64,000 nt of DNA from Takakia lepidozioides (GCA_030704615.1 CM060734.1:53630001-53694000); one strand, 5' to 3'. Shown: positions 14,581 through 28,809, counted from the first letter of the stretch. The notes: generated by a model from the sequence alone, not told the origin. Numbers and translations: made by a program.

Positions 14581-14940
14581 CCAGTGAACGGGCCGCACGG
14601 GCCGCGTTGGCCGACTCTGCCCTGTGCGCGGCCATAGGGCTCGCCCAAAGGCCGCTTACAGGGCAGAATCGGCCAAACACGGGCCGTTCTCTAGTACAAC
14701 AAACTCAAGACTCAACTCAAGTTTTAGGCTTTGGTTCCATCAGCTTCCATCTTATGATGCTCTGCTTTTCTTGGCAACCTTCCCACCTGTATCTGCCTAC
14801 TTCGCAGAAAGCAAACTTCTTGTCTTCAGCAACCTTGGTCTACCCACTTAAGCCTCGAGGGCCTCATGAGCGGTTATTTTTTCTACTCCTTGCAATATAT
14901 TTCTCCGGGCCTCCCCTCTCATTACCTAAAATTTATATAT

Positions 14941-16268
14941 ACTAGGGTAGCCTGTGCCATTGGCCCAAGTGTCGAGTGTCATCTAAGTCCAAGTGCAATC
15001 CCCTATGTATCCAAGTGCGTCTCATATACGGAGGCCCAAATGTGACCTCTAGGATAGCATGTGCCATCGGCCCAAGTGTCCAGTGTCATCTAAAACCAAG
15101 TGCAATTTCTTATGTACCCAGGTGCGTCTCCTATGTGAAGGCCCATCTCCAGGGGGTACACCAAATAACCCTGCAACGGTAACCTCCTACGGCCTCCAAC
15201 ACTCCCCTCCCCTAGCGGCAACCCCATCAAACTATCCTGCACATGACTTTTTGGCTGACGTGCCTTGCTCCGGAGGGACCACGTGGACAGATGCCGCCTT
15301 CCTCACGCTTTAAATGTAAGGAGTCGTGTTTTTTAGTCGCTCTAGGGGCCGGGTCTAGAGGGCCTATATCCTGCACGAAAGTACAGGCCCGGGGGTGTGG
15401 ATACCAGGGCCGGGGGACTCGTTGCAAGGGCATTTAGGGAACCATGGTGGAGATGCTCTAAGCCCAAGTGCAATCTCCTATTCATGTATCCAAGTGCATC
15501 TCCGGTGTAGAGTGTAGAGGCCCAAGTGCCCAATGTCATCTAAGCCCAAGTGCAATCTCCTATATATCCAAGAACGTCTCCCATGTCAAGGCCCGATTCA
15601 TTTTTTTCCATGAATCTATTGAGTAGTAATATATCCAATCATATTGTTGTATCTCGCGTCGAGGCTCCAAACACTTTGCTATATTTCACGAATTTCCAAC
15701 GAACAGGAGTAACTTGTGTTGTTGGCCCAAGTGTCCAATGTCATCTAAGGCATCTAAGTCTAATCATTCTTTTTTCAGAGAACCTTGACCAGATTTGAAC
15801 TGGAGACCTTTCCCTTGATATATCTCCCGTCGAGGTTCCAATCATTGTTTAGGAATGCCCACTTTGCTATTTTTCACGAATTTCAAAAGTACTTGAAATT
15901 CCAAATCTTCCACCTGAAAGACCAATCATTGCTCTAGGAAAGCCCACTTTCCTATTTTTCACGAATTTCCAGCGACCCAAAGAACTTGAAATTCCATATC
16001 TCCCATGCTGCCCAAACGCGAGACGGAGCCGTGGTGCTTGGTACCGTTGGAAAGCCCTCCATGAGGAGGGTGCACCGACTTGGTCTCCTACTTTTTTGTC
16101 TCAATATATGAAGCGAGGTACAAAATCAAGTGGTTTTTTCAATTCTTCACACATGGGCCAATGACACAAACTACCCTACAGGTTGCACCTGGGCCTTGAC
16201 ATAGGAGATCTTGCACTTAGGCTTAGATGACACTGGACACTTAGCCCGACGGCACAAGCTACCCTAGT
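14941..16268. repeat. Cluster of related ~60-bp repeats (GGCCCAAGTGTCCAGTGTCATCTAAG...AAGTGCAATC), with Helitron-like hairpin+CTAG ends in both orientations
   Basis: Copies near 14941, 15050, 15455, 15520 and 15720 (+), and an inverted copy at ~16200-16268. ACTAGGGTAGCCTGTGCC at 14941 mirrors GGCACAAGCTACCCTAGT ending at 16268. Confidence 0.55.
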
Positions 16269-16637
16269 AACTTCATTAAGCAAGGTACTTACGAGCCGAC
16301 CATCTTTCTCTGAGAGAGGAATGTTTTCTTTTCCTGCTTTGATACCATTGAACATATCATACAGGATCAACTCCGGACCCATACACATTGCGTGAGAGAG
16401 AGAGAGAGAGTTTCAAACATGGATCTATTGTTCTTGTAACAATGATCATTGGAATCCGAGACTCTATATGAAGACAAGAACGTGGCTACAATTGTTCACA
16501 GAAATGTGAATCAGCTGTAACTCTCCATGAACGACCAATGCTCAAGAGGGCACGAGAATCCTTCACAAATAACATGAATCAATATGAATTTCATTTCCAT
16601 TTCAAAAAGTGAAATTTTGAGCTTTGCTATGCGTTGG

Positions 16638-16818
16638 TGTTAATATCTACATTCTATATATGAGTAAACATACAAATGAGAGAGAGAGCTGAGACAAAAT
16701 AGAAGCGTTGTATTACAGTCTCTGAACATACATTTATATCTCTTGAGAAGTGTCTCTAGTCTACGAGATATGAAAGGTTACTTACTACTTGACTTACTAA
16801 TCTACAAACCCTTTAACA
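16638..16818 (-). repeat. Copia 3' LTR
   Basis: 181-bp TG...CA direct repeat of 19412-19580. Confidence 0.95.
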
Positions 16819-19411
16819 CCCCCACTTAGATAGTGAGTCACGTTCTAGAGTTAAGCTGAATGCTATTCTCTAGGTTTCTACTATGTAACCTAAATCTTAC
16901 ACTTCGCACAAGGTGGCCAGTCTTGAAACAAAAAACAAGTCTTGGTTAATCAGTTGTAAAGAAAATAAATATAGAGCAGCTCCCATTGTAGAGATCAAGT
17001 AGCAATAAGACCAAGTCTAAGAGCACAATATTCATGCTTTAACTTGGTAAGAGATTTAGTAAATATGTCTGCAACATTCTCATCAGTGTTGCAGTATTCC
17101 AACTTCACCAATCCTCGTGTGATCACCTTCCGTATATAGTGATACTGGATTTCGATATGCTTCGTTCTTGCATGGAATTTATGATCATATGACAGAGCAA
17201 TACAACTTTGATTGTCGCATTTGAGAATTGTTGCCGTTGATTGTACTTGTCCAACATCACTTAATAGCTGTATGATCCATACAACATCTTTCACAGCTTT
17301 TGTAGCTGCTTTATACTCTACCTCTGTGATTGACAAGGCTATAGTGGGTTGGCGTTTACTACTCCAACTAACAGCCCCACCTCCAAGTAAATAAGTGTAG
17401 CCAGTTGTGGATTTCCGACTGTCCGGCTCACCAGCCCAGTCTGCATCACAAAGGCCTACCAGAGTAGAAGCATTTCTTCCTTGTGCAGAATATTGAAGAG
17501 CACTTGTCGCTGTACATTTCACGTATCTAAAGATACGCTTGACTGCTTACCAATGTACTGGTCCCGGATTTGCGGAATGCTGAGACACTACCTCCACTGC
17601 AAACGCTAAATCTAGACGTGTACAGACCATGGCATAGGTCAAAGAACCAATAGATTGTGGATATGGTACATGACGCATTCCACTTCGTCAGGTGTGTGAG
17701 GTGCTTGATCTTTGGAAAGTTTCAGATTGACCTCCAAAGGTGAAGCCATAGGTTTGCAATGAGTCATACCAAAGTGCTCAAGCTTACCCTTGACATACCT
17801 GAGTTAGGATCACCGAACCAGCTTGTCGATCACGAAGAACTTGTATGCCCAACAAGTAATGAACAGCAATTCACTCTTGGTACGAAGCATAAGTGAGACA
17901 TTGTCGCAAACCAAAATTGCATCATCCACATATAACGCAAGTATTAGAAATGAACCAGAATGTCCACGCACATAGACATTACAATCTGCTCCTGTGCGAT
18001 GAAAGCCCACTTGGAGAAGGTAAGAGTCAATTCTCTCGTACCACGCACGCGGAGCTTATTTAAGTCCATATAGACTTCGAAGGAGACGACGGACTTGGAA
18101 TTGACAGGGATACTAATTGGAAACACGTCAAGCAATCCTTCAAAGCATCCAGCCTCCACTTCCGCTAATACGTGCTTCTACTCAAGATCGGCTTCACACT
18201 GAACTCTGGAAGCCTTCACATGCAAGTTCTCTCAAAAGGCCCTTGGGCCTTGTCAATTTGATAAGTAGTCTTGATGTTCATGGCTTGCCTTAGCCTTCTG
18301 GTTGACGCATGTAGATCTCCTCTTTGAGGTGGCCATGTAAGAATGCGGTCTTGACATCTAGTTGGTCAACCTCCCAATTGTGAATAGGCGCCAGTGCCAA
18401 AAAAACTCGAATGGATGTGATCTTGACCACAAGAGAAAATGTAACTGTGGAATCAAGACCTGCAACTTGAGAGTACCCTTTGGCTACAAGTCGAGCTTTA
18501 TAACGCTCAACCGTGCCATCAGAATTCAACTTAAGTTTAAAAACCCACTTGCAGTTCACCGGTTTATGGCCATCGGATAGATCAGCTAACGCCCAAGTAT
18601 TATTCTTCATTAAGGACTGAAACTCAGAAGCAATGGCAGCTTGCCAATGTGGAGCATCAGGCCTTGTGAGAGCTTCATGATAAGTCAAGGGTTCGGTCAT
18701 CATACTAGACTTAGATGGACGCTCGTGAAAATGAAGATATTTGGGATTAGGTTTGACTCTACGACCAAATCTGGTAACTTGTGGTTGAGTACCAAATGTA
18801 AAACCAGAGAGTGCAGGGAACGGAGGACCAGTGGTAGTTGGAAGTGCATTTGGGACAGAGGGCTGAAGCTCAGCAATAGGTAGTGTGTCATAAGAGAATA
18901 AAGGATTATTATATGACATACGACACTGTAATGGAGGCTCTGTAGGAGAGGAAGATCCAGGATAGGTGGAGGCATTAGATCTATGATTATCAATTGGGCT
19001 GTCATATCTCTATCTTCCCAATGGACGATGGAACCTACACCAGTACCTACACCAGTCCCTGGTGGATTTGTTACTGTTCCGCCTAGGGAAGTACTTGAGC
19101 TAGGTTTTATTTCAGTACCTATTATTAAATCCCAGAGTCTTTCTTTAAAAAAAAAAGAGGATAATCTAATCTTCCAGGTTTCATAGTTAGAACCATCTAA
19201 TTTCTCTACGGTTCTTTGATCGGACGAGGAGGATGCCATTGTGGCGCTGATTAAGATTTACTCTTCCTATAGAATTTTAGGACCCTATGTTTTATGAAGA
19301 CATTATACATTTTCTATGGTTCAAAAAACTCATAGAATGTTAAGGTCAATTTGAAACAAGGAGTCCCATCCCATCGGATGGTTCTATATTATCTATAGAG
19401 GCCTGATACCA

Positions 19412-19580
19412 TGTTAATATCTACATTCTATATATGAGTAAACATACAAGTGAGAGAGAGCTGAGACACAATAGAAGGGTTGTATTGCAGTCTCCGAACA
19501 TACCTTTACATCTGTCTCTAGTCTGCGAGATATGAAAGGTTACTTACTACTTGACTTACTAAGCTACAAACCCTTTAACA
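19412..19580 (-). repeat. Copia 5' LTR
   Basis: 169-bp TG...CA direct repeat of 16638-16818, next to the tRNA-iMet-type PBS. Confidence 0.95.
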
Positions 19581-21278
19581 GTTGGTGGGGTTACTTTTCT
19601 TGTTTTTGTTTGATCGTTGATCCAGCTGTGATGCGGATCCCAGCTTTCCTCCTTGCGATCATTCACAAAATTTCTACTATTCAAACAAGTCACGTCTGAT
19701 ACAATGTGTGTGGGGCAGGTATAGACTATGCTCTTGCAGCACTGAGGTGAATTATCTTTGTATTGCCTTCGTTGTTGTCAGATCGATACATAGAATGGGG
19801 CCATCGTTACAACGAGAGAGAATGCTCTTGCACACGCATTCAGGCCCTCATGTGCTGTAAGTTCCGAACGAAGATTGTGCCCTTCGGAATGTCAGAAGGC
19901 AGCAGTCTACCCAGGCTCCTCCTTCGACTCAGTGCTTGTGTCATGATCAGGGAGCTTGGTCAATTCTAACCCATCCTGTCAATTTCACACATCCTTTCTC
20001 TACAAGTGAAAGGATACCATTTGACATCGAAAGACTTATTCCATAGTTTTGTGGAGTAGATTGTGTAGCTAACGTATCAACCCCGAAGGTTTGCAGTACT
20101 TCTGTACCCGAGGGAGTTCTTTCAATGAAAAAGCGCACTAAAGCTACAGAGGTCCCATAGAAGTACCCTCAGTGGAAAAGAGGTTATTCTAGTCTCTCAA
20201 GGTATGCCAGCTAGAGTTACACTACGAGGCAGAAATTACTCACCTCACTCACGAGTCCTCGTACATCGACTCTCCTCTTCCCCCCCAATCTGTGCAACAT
20301 GGTATTCATTTCCAGCTGCGGTTCACTCTCTTCACAAGGACGCAGGGACACAGGAGTGCACTCTCTTCATCATGTCTTGAGTCTCAGTGCCAGACACAGG
20401 TTTTAATCCGGAGTGCACCATGCTTCCTTTCTGTCCTTGTGAACAGTGCACCATGCATCAATCGGTAGATAGATCTTGCCAGGTTTGCAAGGCAAAGAGA
20501 TCTTAAGATCACAGCGTATACATAAGCTCGCAGACACCCGTATCAGATATATGCACTAGAGTCTGTCACCTACCCACTAGGCCTAGTACTGTTCACCCTC
20601 GGCGGCAAGGAGAATGACCGAGGAAGGAGCCCAACACGCGCATTTGCGTCATCAAACCATCGATGCCCCTCAACAACACAAAAGTGATGCACAGGGCTCC
20701 ATGAATATACAAAACAAATGACAACACAAGGAAGGCAAGGGTGTCATGCTCGGATTTTAAAGAAAGGACGCATGGTGCACTCCAGATAAAAAACTGGGTC
20801 TGGCACAGACTCACAGACACCATAGGAGGTATGACAACTTGACTTCAGCGATGACGAAATGGCACAGAGAGGAATCTCCTAAAGCAGATGCAGAGATGGT
20901 ACTCACAGCACCGGAATGACGACTCTCCCACACTTGAGAGCCGGAAACTAAAAAGTCAGTCCGCAATTGTACAAGAGTTGAACCGGGCAGCCCTCATGGA
21001 TGGTAGTGGCCGACATATACCATCAAACCTTGCTTCAGGTGCTTCACGTCGCCTCGCTTACGTGCTGCAACCCTCTGCGCCCAGCTGCTGTGAGCCCAGA
21101 CACACACAAAGCACTGCTGGCCCTGCCAGTCACTCATCATGAGCTAGTTTTACTCTATAAAACTAGTTCCTTATCTTTATCTGTTTCTGAGATTAAACTC
21201 TGTAAAAAGCTTCACAAAGGACCCAAATGAGGTGACCGTACAAGAGCCAACAATACTTACCTCCCAGTGCAGAAGTAA

Positions 21279-21915
21279 GACCCCATAAACAAAGGGAAAT
21301 ATAATAGGTTTTGCTCCACCAAACTATTGAGAACATGTTCGCAGTCCACCCAAAATGTAAGAGTCTTTTGTGCGAACCTTGGTTGCCAAACTCTCTGTTA
21401 TGTGTTTGTCATGTCTTTTTTGATCAAACAGGACGTCCATGTCAGAGACCCCATAAACAAAGGGAAATATAATGGGTTTTGTTCCACCGAACTATTGATA
21501 ACATGTTCGCAATCCACACGAAATGTAAGGGTCTTTTGTGCGAATCTTGGTTGTCAAACTCTATATTATGTGTTTTGCCACGTCTTTTTTGATCAAACAG
21601 GACGTCCTCCAAGACCCGGAGACCTCATAAACAAAGGGAAGTTTAATGGGTTTTGCTCCAACCGAACTATTTGAGAACATTTTCGCAATCCACACAAAAT
21701 GTAAGGGTCTTTTGTGCGAATCTTGGTTGTCAAACTCTATGTTATGTGTTTTGCCACGTCTTTTTTGATCAAACAGGACGTCCTTGTCTGAGACCCGGAG
21801 ACCTTGGAAGTATAATGGGTCTTTTGTGCGAATCTTGGTTGTCAAACTTGGTTGTCAAATTCTATGTTATGTGTGTTTTGCCACGTCTTTTTTGATCAAA
21901 CAGGACGTCCTTGTC
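21279..21915. repeat. Tandem repeat, ~168-178-bp unit, ~3.7 copies
   Basis: Units start GACC(C/T)CATAAACAAAGGGAA at 21279, 21447 and 21621, with a truncated unit at 21799. Shared TCTTTTGTGCGAATCTTGGTTGTCAAAC and TTTTTTGATCAAACAGGACGTCC blocks. Confidence 0.9.
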
Positions 21916-24900
21916 CCAACATCCACAAACTTGAAACCAAGTTTGTCCCATATCTGACTTAGATTCTTGGCCCATCACTATTTTATGTATTGCAGTTATC
22001 TTCAGCATTGCGGTGAACATACCCGGAAACCTCATACGAACATACCCAGAAACCTCATGAGATGCACTTGTGTGGCCACTGTAAGTTGGTTTCCCTTTCG
22101 TAGCACCATATCAGATTGTGGGTGTTTTGTTTTTCTCAAAGAGAAGCATGCTTGGGTGTGCTGCAAATAGGGAAAGTTGAAGTGGGTATTGAATCAGTGC
22201 AAAAATAGCTTCTGGCAATGAATGTGCGGAAAAATCTGAACTGTGTCTCCTTCAATGTCTCACTTCAGTTGACCTCATTTCTCTAATAATATCCCTCACC
22301 GTCACATGCTCACCATAAACGTGCTTTGATGGGGATTCAACCATCTGTGCTTGGATCTGAAGTGGGTGGTTGTTTCTTGCCGATGCAAAGCCACCAAGCG
22401 CGCACAAACATCAGTGAGAATTGATCCACGAGGTGACTTGTTTGGGAGTACGCGGAGGAGGAATAATAAGGGTCTGTCGGGGATGACTTGTGGGCGAAGA
22501 AATGTGGTTAATGAGCTGCAATCCTTTATTGGCAACTGCGAGGAAAGCATAAACAAAACTCGGATATGGCCGGATATGGGCAGCAACTGCACAGTGCATC
22601 ACACGTGCAGTATACCGACAAAGAAATGAGAGACAATGGGGAGATGTTCTTTGTTGTCTTCCTGGCGACTGGGAGCGCTCTGCAGAGATTTCTTACGACA
22701 GCTATGTATAGTATGGAGGCCCTCTCCAAATATACAAACAGTTTCTTCCTCACCAGTTTGTGTCCAATCTCATGGTTAGCCGCCCACGCGTGTAAGCTTC
22801 AATGCAGAGATGTATGATGAGGAATGAATGAAGAGATGAGAAATCATGAGATGAGATGAGAGAGAGAAGGAAGGGGGCAATTGTGGGTGTTTCTTCCTTC
22901 TTCGTGCAACGCACAACACGGCCGCAAGATTCCTGCGCTCATCATTGCGCTGCCGCCTGCTGTACCTACTCTGCTGACTCATCTTCATTCTTGCTTGTCA
23001 GTCCAGCAAGTAAAGAGTCAGATGGACTTCGGAAATTGGGACCTGATTCCCAACCCCCACCATCTCCTTTCCTACAGTGTACGTGCCTTATGCCCAAGGG
23101 CCATGGCGATTCCATTACCCCCACATCCTTCCCATAGCGACACACAGCCATTCTCGTGTGTTTTTTCTAGAAGCTACCCCACACAAAATGGCTGAGCAGG
23201 CTCCGAGATGTAGTAAGCCTAGCACTAGTCTACAAGGATCTATAAGAAAAAAATAAACAGGGAAAAAGTAGTACTTACTCCTGCCTTTCCGGAGCTACAT
23301 AGTATCTGTTCTCCAGTGCTCTCTGTACAGCACAACTTGTGCTTCAGTGTACAACCTGTGTGACAGTGCCGTGTGTGCAGACTGCCTACAGTGCTGGAGG
23401 CTTGCAGGTCTGTCTGGGGGAGGTGCATCTTCTTGCATCAGAAAACAACACAACCAAATCAAACCCAACTAAGCAAAGCGCACAGTGAAATTGTTTGATT
23501 TGCATTTGGGCCAAAAATGCTTACAACGGTGAGGTGATTCCAACAAATAATCCACAGCACTTTTTCCGGTTGCATAACTAGACGCTCTATGTTTCCCAAG
23601 GAAAAGTGGGGGCGACAAAAGTGCCTTGCTGACACCGGTAGGGGGTAAGTAGAGTCCCTCAACACAGGCATTCAGCCCGGCTTGACCTCCAAATCATTCA
23701 GATTACTGAGGTCGTTTTCCTCCCCTACCGAAACGGTGCAAGTGGGGTCTCGTTGACTGTGACCATGAGAGTTGTTTGGATAGAAAAGAGAATTGCTTTC
23801 ATGATCCCTGTAAACTGTGCCACACGTACGCAATGGGCCATGCCAGTATATTGGCACGATGGGCAGTGCCAGCCTTGTGGGAGGCAACCATATTTAGTAC
23901 ATAATGACTTTTTGTCTGACAAGCTATCCGAAGGCTCCCTCTAATGATCTGCTAGTTTTCCATCAGAGTACTGTGCAGGCTGGCTATGTCAAGGTTTCTT
24001 CCATGGCACCAAGGAGAGGGACAAAGGGAAGGTGTCTTCCAGCCATATGAGAGTGCCCACATATTTTGGCAGTGTGCCTAAAATGGGTCTCTTTGAATTA
24101 CTGTAAAAGAGGCTTGTGGCCTGACCAAATTCCAAGCCTGTTGATAAGAATGGCATTCGCCAGGGCGATAGGGGTCGGTGGAGAGCTTTTTGGCGATGGC
24201 CGCAAGGCCCCAATTGGTGGCCGAGGAATATGGCAGAATTGGGGCCCACCTGGGGAGGAAGGCAAGGTGCGACAAACCCCAATGTGCCGCCTTTCCTTCC
24301 TTTTAATGGTAACCATTGTAGCTTTCTCCTCTTCTACACTCATCTTCCTCCGCAGCTCCTCACACGTCAAGCAAGTCTGCGATGGATCTGCTGCTGGGTG
24401 AACCTCGGACTATTCTCGTCGCTCTCGACCAGAGCCCTGGTTGAGCCTTTGCACACGCTCTCTCTGCTCCCTGTGCTGTGTCCCATGTGCAATGTTGTTT
24501 CCTGGGGACTGTGTCTTCTTCATTTCTGTAATGGGTGGGAATAAAGTGTCGGGTCCATGTATGTGCGTGCTCAGCAGCCCCAGCTTCTCCACTGCAGCAC
24601 CCATGCAACATGGGTTGGACGGAATGGAACTAGACGTGTTCACGATTGCCGCTTCTGATGGCATTTTCATTTCTAGTGCTCAGGCACTTGTCACTCCTAG
24701 TCACTACGTGAAAACTAGAGCATCTCCGTCCGTATGGGTGCTTACCCACTTGCACCCTTTGTTGCTACAAGCGTTTCTTCGGAGCTTACCGCAATTCTAG
24801 ACCTGCAGGCTGTCATGGAAGTAGATTGTCCAGTAGCTAGTCAGATTGGCTTTTTCTGACTATAGAAAGATATGCGACAGAAATTGCGTGCGTGTACGCC

Positions 24901-25473
24901 AGATTGTTTGGCGTCATGAAGCAATCTCCAACATATGCTCGGTGCAGTCAGGTTCTGTTAACATTGGGCACATTTCGAGAACCCTGGGGGTTCGATTGAA
25001 GGGTTTAAAAGAGAGAGAGACAGGGACAGAGAGAGAGAGAGAGATCTAAGTAGATGGGTTATCAAGAGATAAACTGGAGGGAAGCCTGAAGCTGGAGGTT
25101 CAGCTATACATGAGCGGCACCAATCTACCAACTGTTTTCACCAAGATGTATAAGACTGATGACTGAACATCCGTAAAGGTTTGTGTGCCCGAACGTGTAC
25201 AGCCAGCGGTCCACCACTGACCAAATCAGAACTGCATTGTGTGGACCCTGCCGACAAATTCACCCTCACTCCAAGCGAAGGACTGTAAGGTTAAGAGGGC
25301 TACGAATTAACAGCCAGCCAAGCATTGTAACAAAGCGGGATGCCGCCTGTGTCTCTGGTAGTAGCCAGGGATGCACTGTTGCCTGCAGAATGTCAATGGT
25401 GAAGATTGGTGTAGAACTTTGAAATATTATCACAGGTACTGTGTTAACTGGCTACCTGCTCCCGTGTAAACAG

Positions 25474-27362
25474 GGGCAGATTTTGCGTTTGAGTGGGCGC
25501 TGAACAACTACTGCAAGTCCAATGACGTGCTTAATCTCCTGCATGTGCGACGAAGCTCGGATGGTAGGTGCCTGTTCCTTCCCTTTATGCTCAGTTTCAT
25601 ATGACTAAAGCTCATCTTTTGTGATTACTTTTGTCTGTCAACCTGATCTCCCAACGATTTTCTTCTATTCTTTGTCTGCCTTTGTTCGCATATGTCGCTA
25701 TGTACCTAAAGCCACCTGAGCAAAGGCAAGGGAATCACGTGCTGTCAAAGAAACTAATCTGATGCCACGGGTTTTGCGGACAGATTTTGGACTAAACACA
25801 AAATGGCGTTTGTCAGACGACGTAGCGACACTGGTGGACCACGACACAGAGGCTGCTGCTCAGGATCTTCTGCGCACGTACATTGATCGGGCCAGCCATG
25901 CCAATGTGGGCTCCTCTCCTCTCATAATGCCACTACTGAGTACACCATCTCAATTTAAAACATGCCTGTCTATCACTGAAAATCTGTTCTCCCCTTGAAT
26001 CAAGGACTTCTGATACAGTTGAATGAAAGGCTCCCCTAGAGAAAAGGTTCCGCCTGAGACACACAATCTGGTGAATGTAGTGAGAGACGGGTGGTTTGTA
26101 TTTGATTCTCAATGCACCTATTGAGGTGAGCACTGGCATGTTTCTCATTTGATTAGATACTAATCCTTGTGGAACAGACTTAGTAAGTGAACTTCAGTAT
26201 TCCACTACATGTGTCATTGGATGGAATGAAAGATCCACAAGAGGAAAACTTACAAAAGGACATAATCTTTGACACCTAATCTCTTGAAGAGTTGTTGAGG
26301 ATAGGTTGTAGCAGGCAACTCTCACATACAACTGTGGATTCAGATAAAATGCAAGGGAAGAGTTGTGGTGGGCGATGAGCGAGAAGAAATCTGTAAGGAG
26401 GTCTTGTGGGTATGTGCGGATGTCCTCATTGTTGGCAGCCGGGGGCTCAACCGAGTACAACGGTAGGCACTTCCCTCTTCTGTTTGCAGCATTAGATAGT
26501 CCATGTTGTGTCAATGAGGAAATAAAGGATGGGAGGACTTTTGTAAATTGCAGATTTTTTCTCACCATCCTATTGTCACAATGCAAGATCTTACTTGCAA
26601 CCCACGCCCTGCTTGATGTGTGGCCACCAGCATCTTTGTGGAAGTGTGACAATTGACATTCCAATGTCAATGTTACATTTCAATAGCCTTGATCACAATT
26701 AGCCTGACATGATTTTTTGGACAAAAATCGTCAATCATGTGAATATGTGCATCCAGAACAAACCAGAAATCTAGGACTATATCCTTCTCAACTTCTCCAT
26801 GATATCTGCACCAGACCCATGTCAAGAGTCACAACACTCTTGTTGCGCCTGGATTTCACAAGTGAATGGCAAGTTGAATTGAAACTTCATATATAATTTC
26901 ACTGTGGATGAGCTGCACAATGACAACAGTGGGCATTTTTTGATAATGTTCAGTCCTCCCAAACTGCTTACAATTTGATGTCTGGAGTCTGGGTTTGCTG
27001 AGACTAGTATGGGGCCATTCCAGCCTTGCAGCCCCCATAGTATGCATAAGCTGTGGTCTCCCCACCGCTTGCATCTACTTGCCAAGGTCTTCCAAGGGTT
27101 TCTGAAAGGCCTAAGTTGTACAGTCTCTGCTGTTTACTTTACAACACCATTGTTAACTGTGGGGATCATTGGATTGCCCATTTTTGCATGCAGGGTGTTT
27201 CTTGGCAGCATCAGTGAATACTGTGCACATCATTGTGCCTGCCCCGTTATAATTGTCAAACCATCTGATGCAACGAAGGTCAACAGTGATGGTTCACTAA
27301 GTGATGACTCCACTAACGAAATCCGCATCCCTGGGTTGGACCCTAACGAAGATGATACTTAA
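25474..27362 (+). CDS. Universal stress protein A (USP) family protein; first exon/start not located
   Basis: Exons read FAFEWALNNYCKSNDVLNLLHVRR | DFGLNTKW...YIDRASHAN | IKCKGRVVVGDEREEICKEVLWVCADVLIVGSRGLNRVQR | VFLGSISEYCAHHCACPVIIVK. The G-S-R-G and FLGS...Y...H..CPV USP signatures are present. Confidence 0.85.
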
Positions 27363-28809
27363 CTCTATATTTTGTTGTCACTCTTCTCTCCTCTTCTTAC
27401 ACTACAATGCCGACTCCACCTAGTCTAAGCTGGCTACCTGGGGGGACAAATGAGGCTGTCTTGTAGCATTTGACGAGAACGACGAACTACCGGTTTGTGG
27501 TGAAAGCTCCGCTTTGCATAGAGGCCTGTATCTGCATAAAGATGAATAGTTAACGGCATTGCCAGAGTGGATCAATTTAGTGACACTAGCTGGAGCCGAT
27601 ATGAGCTCCCAGGTGCGCACCACCATATACAGTTAGCTGCCTAACTTACAAGGCACAAGATTTTCTTTCAGATGAGCGTTTGGTCCAATCATCTGAAACA
27701 TGATCTATCGGCATGAACTAAGTAGCAGTCAACCCAACTTGTTTATATCAATAAGACTTGCCTGTCAACCCTCACAGCCTAGCTGTGTTTTGTGTAAGGG
27801 AGAGGGAACGTGGCAAGCTGTTTTGTATAGAATTAATAGCTATGTATATAGAGCATTAATTCCTTGTCTATAGCCATCATGGGACAGTTTTGAGACCTGT
27901 AGATTGGTGCCACTCAATGGTCTACTACAACCCTTGTACCACACTTTGCAAGTAGTAAAACAGTTCTGTCATGTCTACAGAAACTTCAGTTCTAAGTGAC
28001 GATTTTTACACAGCCAAGGAGCATCAGGTGTCATCATTGATGCACTTTTTGAAGTTTGTGTGCAAACATGCCCATCCGTCACCCACTTGCAGGGCTCTGG
28101 TCCACACTAGGCAATCATGTGGAGTTGGCTTGATAAGAAGACAATGAAATGGTGTATTGGCCACATTACTCCTCCTTGCCCTGTGATTGACAGCAATCTC
28201 TGCATCTTATCCATTTGGGGTGTTTGTATGGCAGGCAACTTTAATTGTAGTGGCAATTCCGAGATGAATGCCTTCTAGTGATGGTAATTGTGCATGTCCA
28301 CATACAAAGAGGCAATCCTCTGAGACTCCAATGCAGTTCATTGGGCATTTGTGTATTGGCACTTCTTCATCATGTTCCAACTTAGGACAATCAAAACTGC
28401 AGTCAACTACACAAAAGTAAAGCCCATTCAGGCTGGGTCTCTGGTGGTAGGTTGCCACCTTCATAACCTGAGTGCCACAGACACAGGATCCACACCGACT
28501 GGTAAGTGTAAGTGACATTCCCTTGTTCGATTCCTAGTGCCGGGCAGCGGCTGTGTTCCTAGCATGATAAGGCACCTTTTCCACCCCACTGAGCCCTGCG
28601 GGACATGGCATTCTCTCCGTACCCCAGGGAACTAAATGCTCTGTAGTAGGAAAGATCTATAATCAAACTTCAAACTTATGGGTGAAAATGATCATATAAT
28701 AATAAGTCGCACTGGTCATCTCAGTACTTTTCCAACTATTTTTGACAATGTAGATTTGTTCCTAGGCCTTTCATCTGTACGTACATGGAGGGTACTCTAA
28801 CATCTAGGC

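Larger units (their letters stand above)
16638..19580 (-). mobile_element. Ty1/Copia LTR retrotransposon, internally deleted and pseudogenised
   Basis: LTRs TG...CA at 16638-16818 and 19412-19580. 5-bp TSD GTTGG at 16633-16637 and 19581-19585. PBS TGGTATCAGGCC (minus, 19400-19411); PPT TAAGTGGGGG adjacent to the 3' LTR. Coding remnants: gag N-terminus (KLDGSNYETWKIRL), RT (YKARLVAKGYSQ, QLDVKTAFLHG, LYVDD) and RNase H (DADWAG...RKSTTGY, KHIEIQYHY). Confidence 0.95.

Noticed and set aside
21279-21915. CRISPR-like array
   Set aside because: Whole ~170-bp units are repeated with no unique spacers, and the context is eukaryotic.
22300-24800. Possible orphan minus-strand gene (ORFs 24410-24670, 24098-24370, 22966-23151)
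   Set aside because: No recognisable domain and no consistent splice model could be built.
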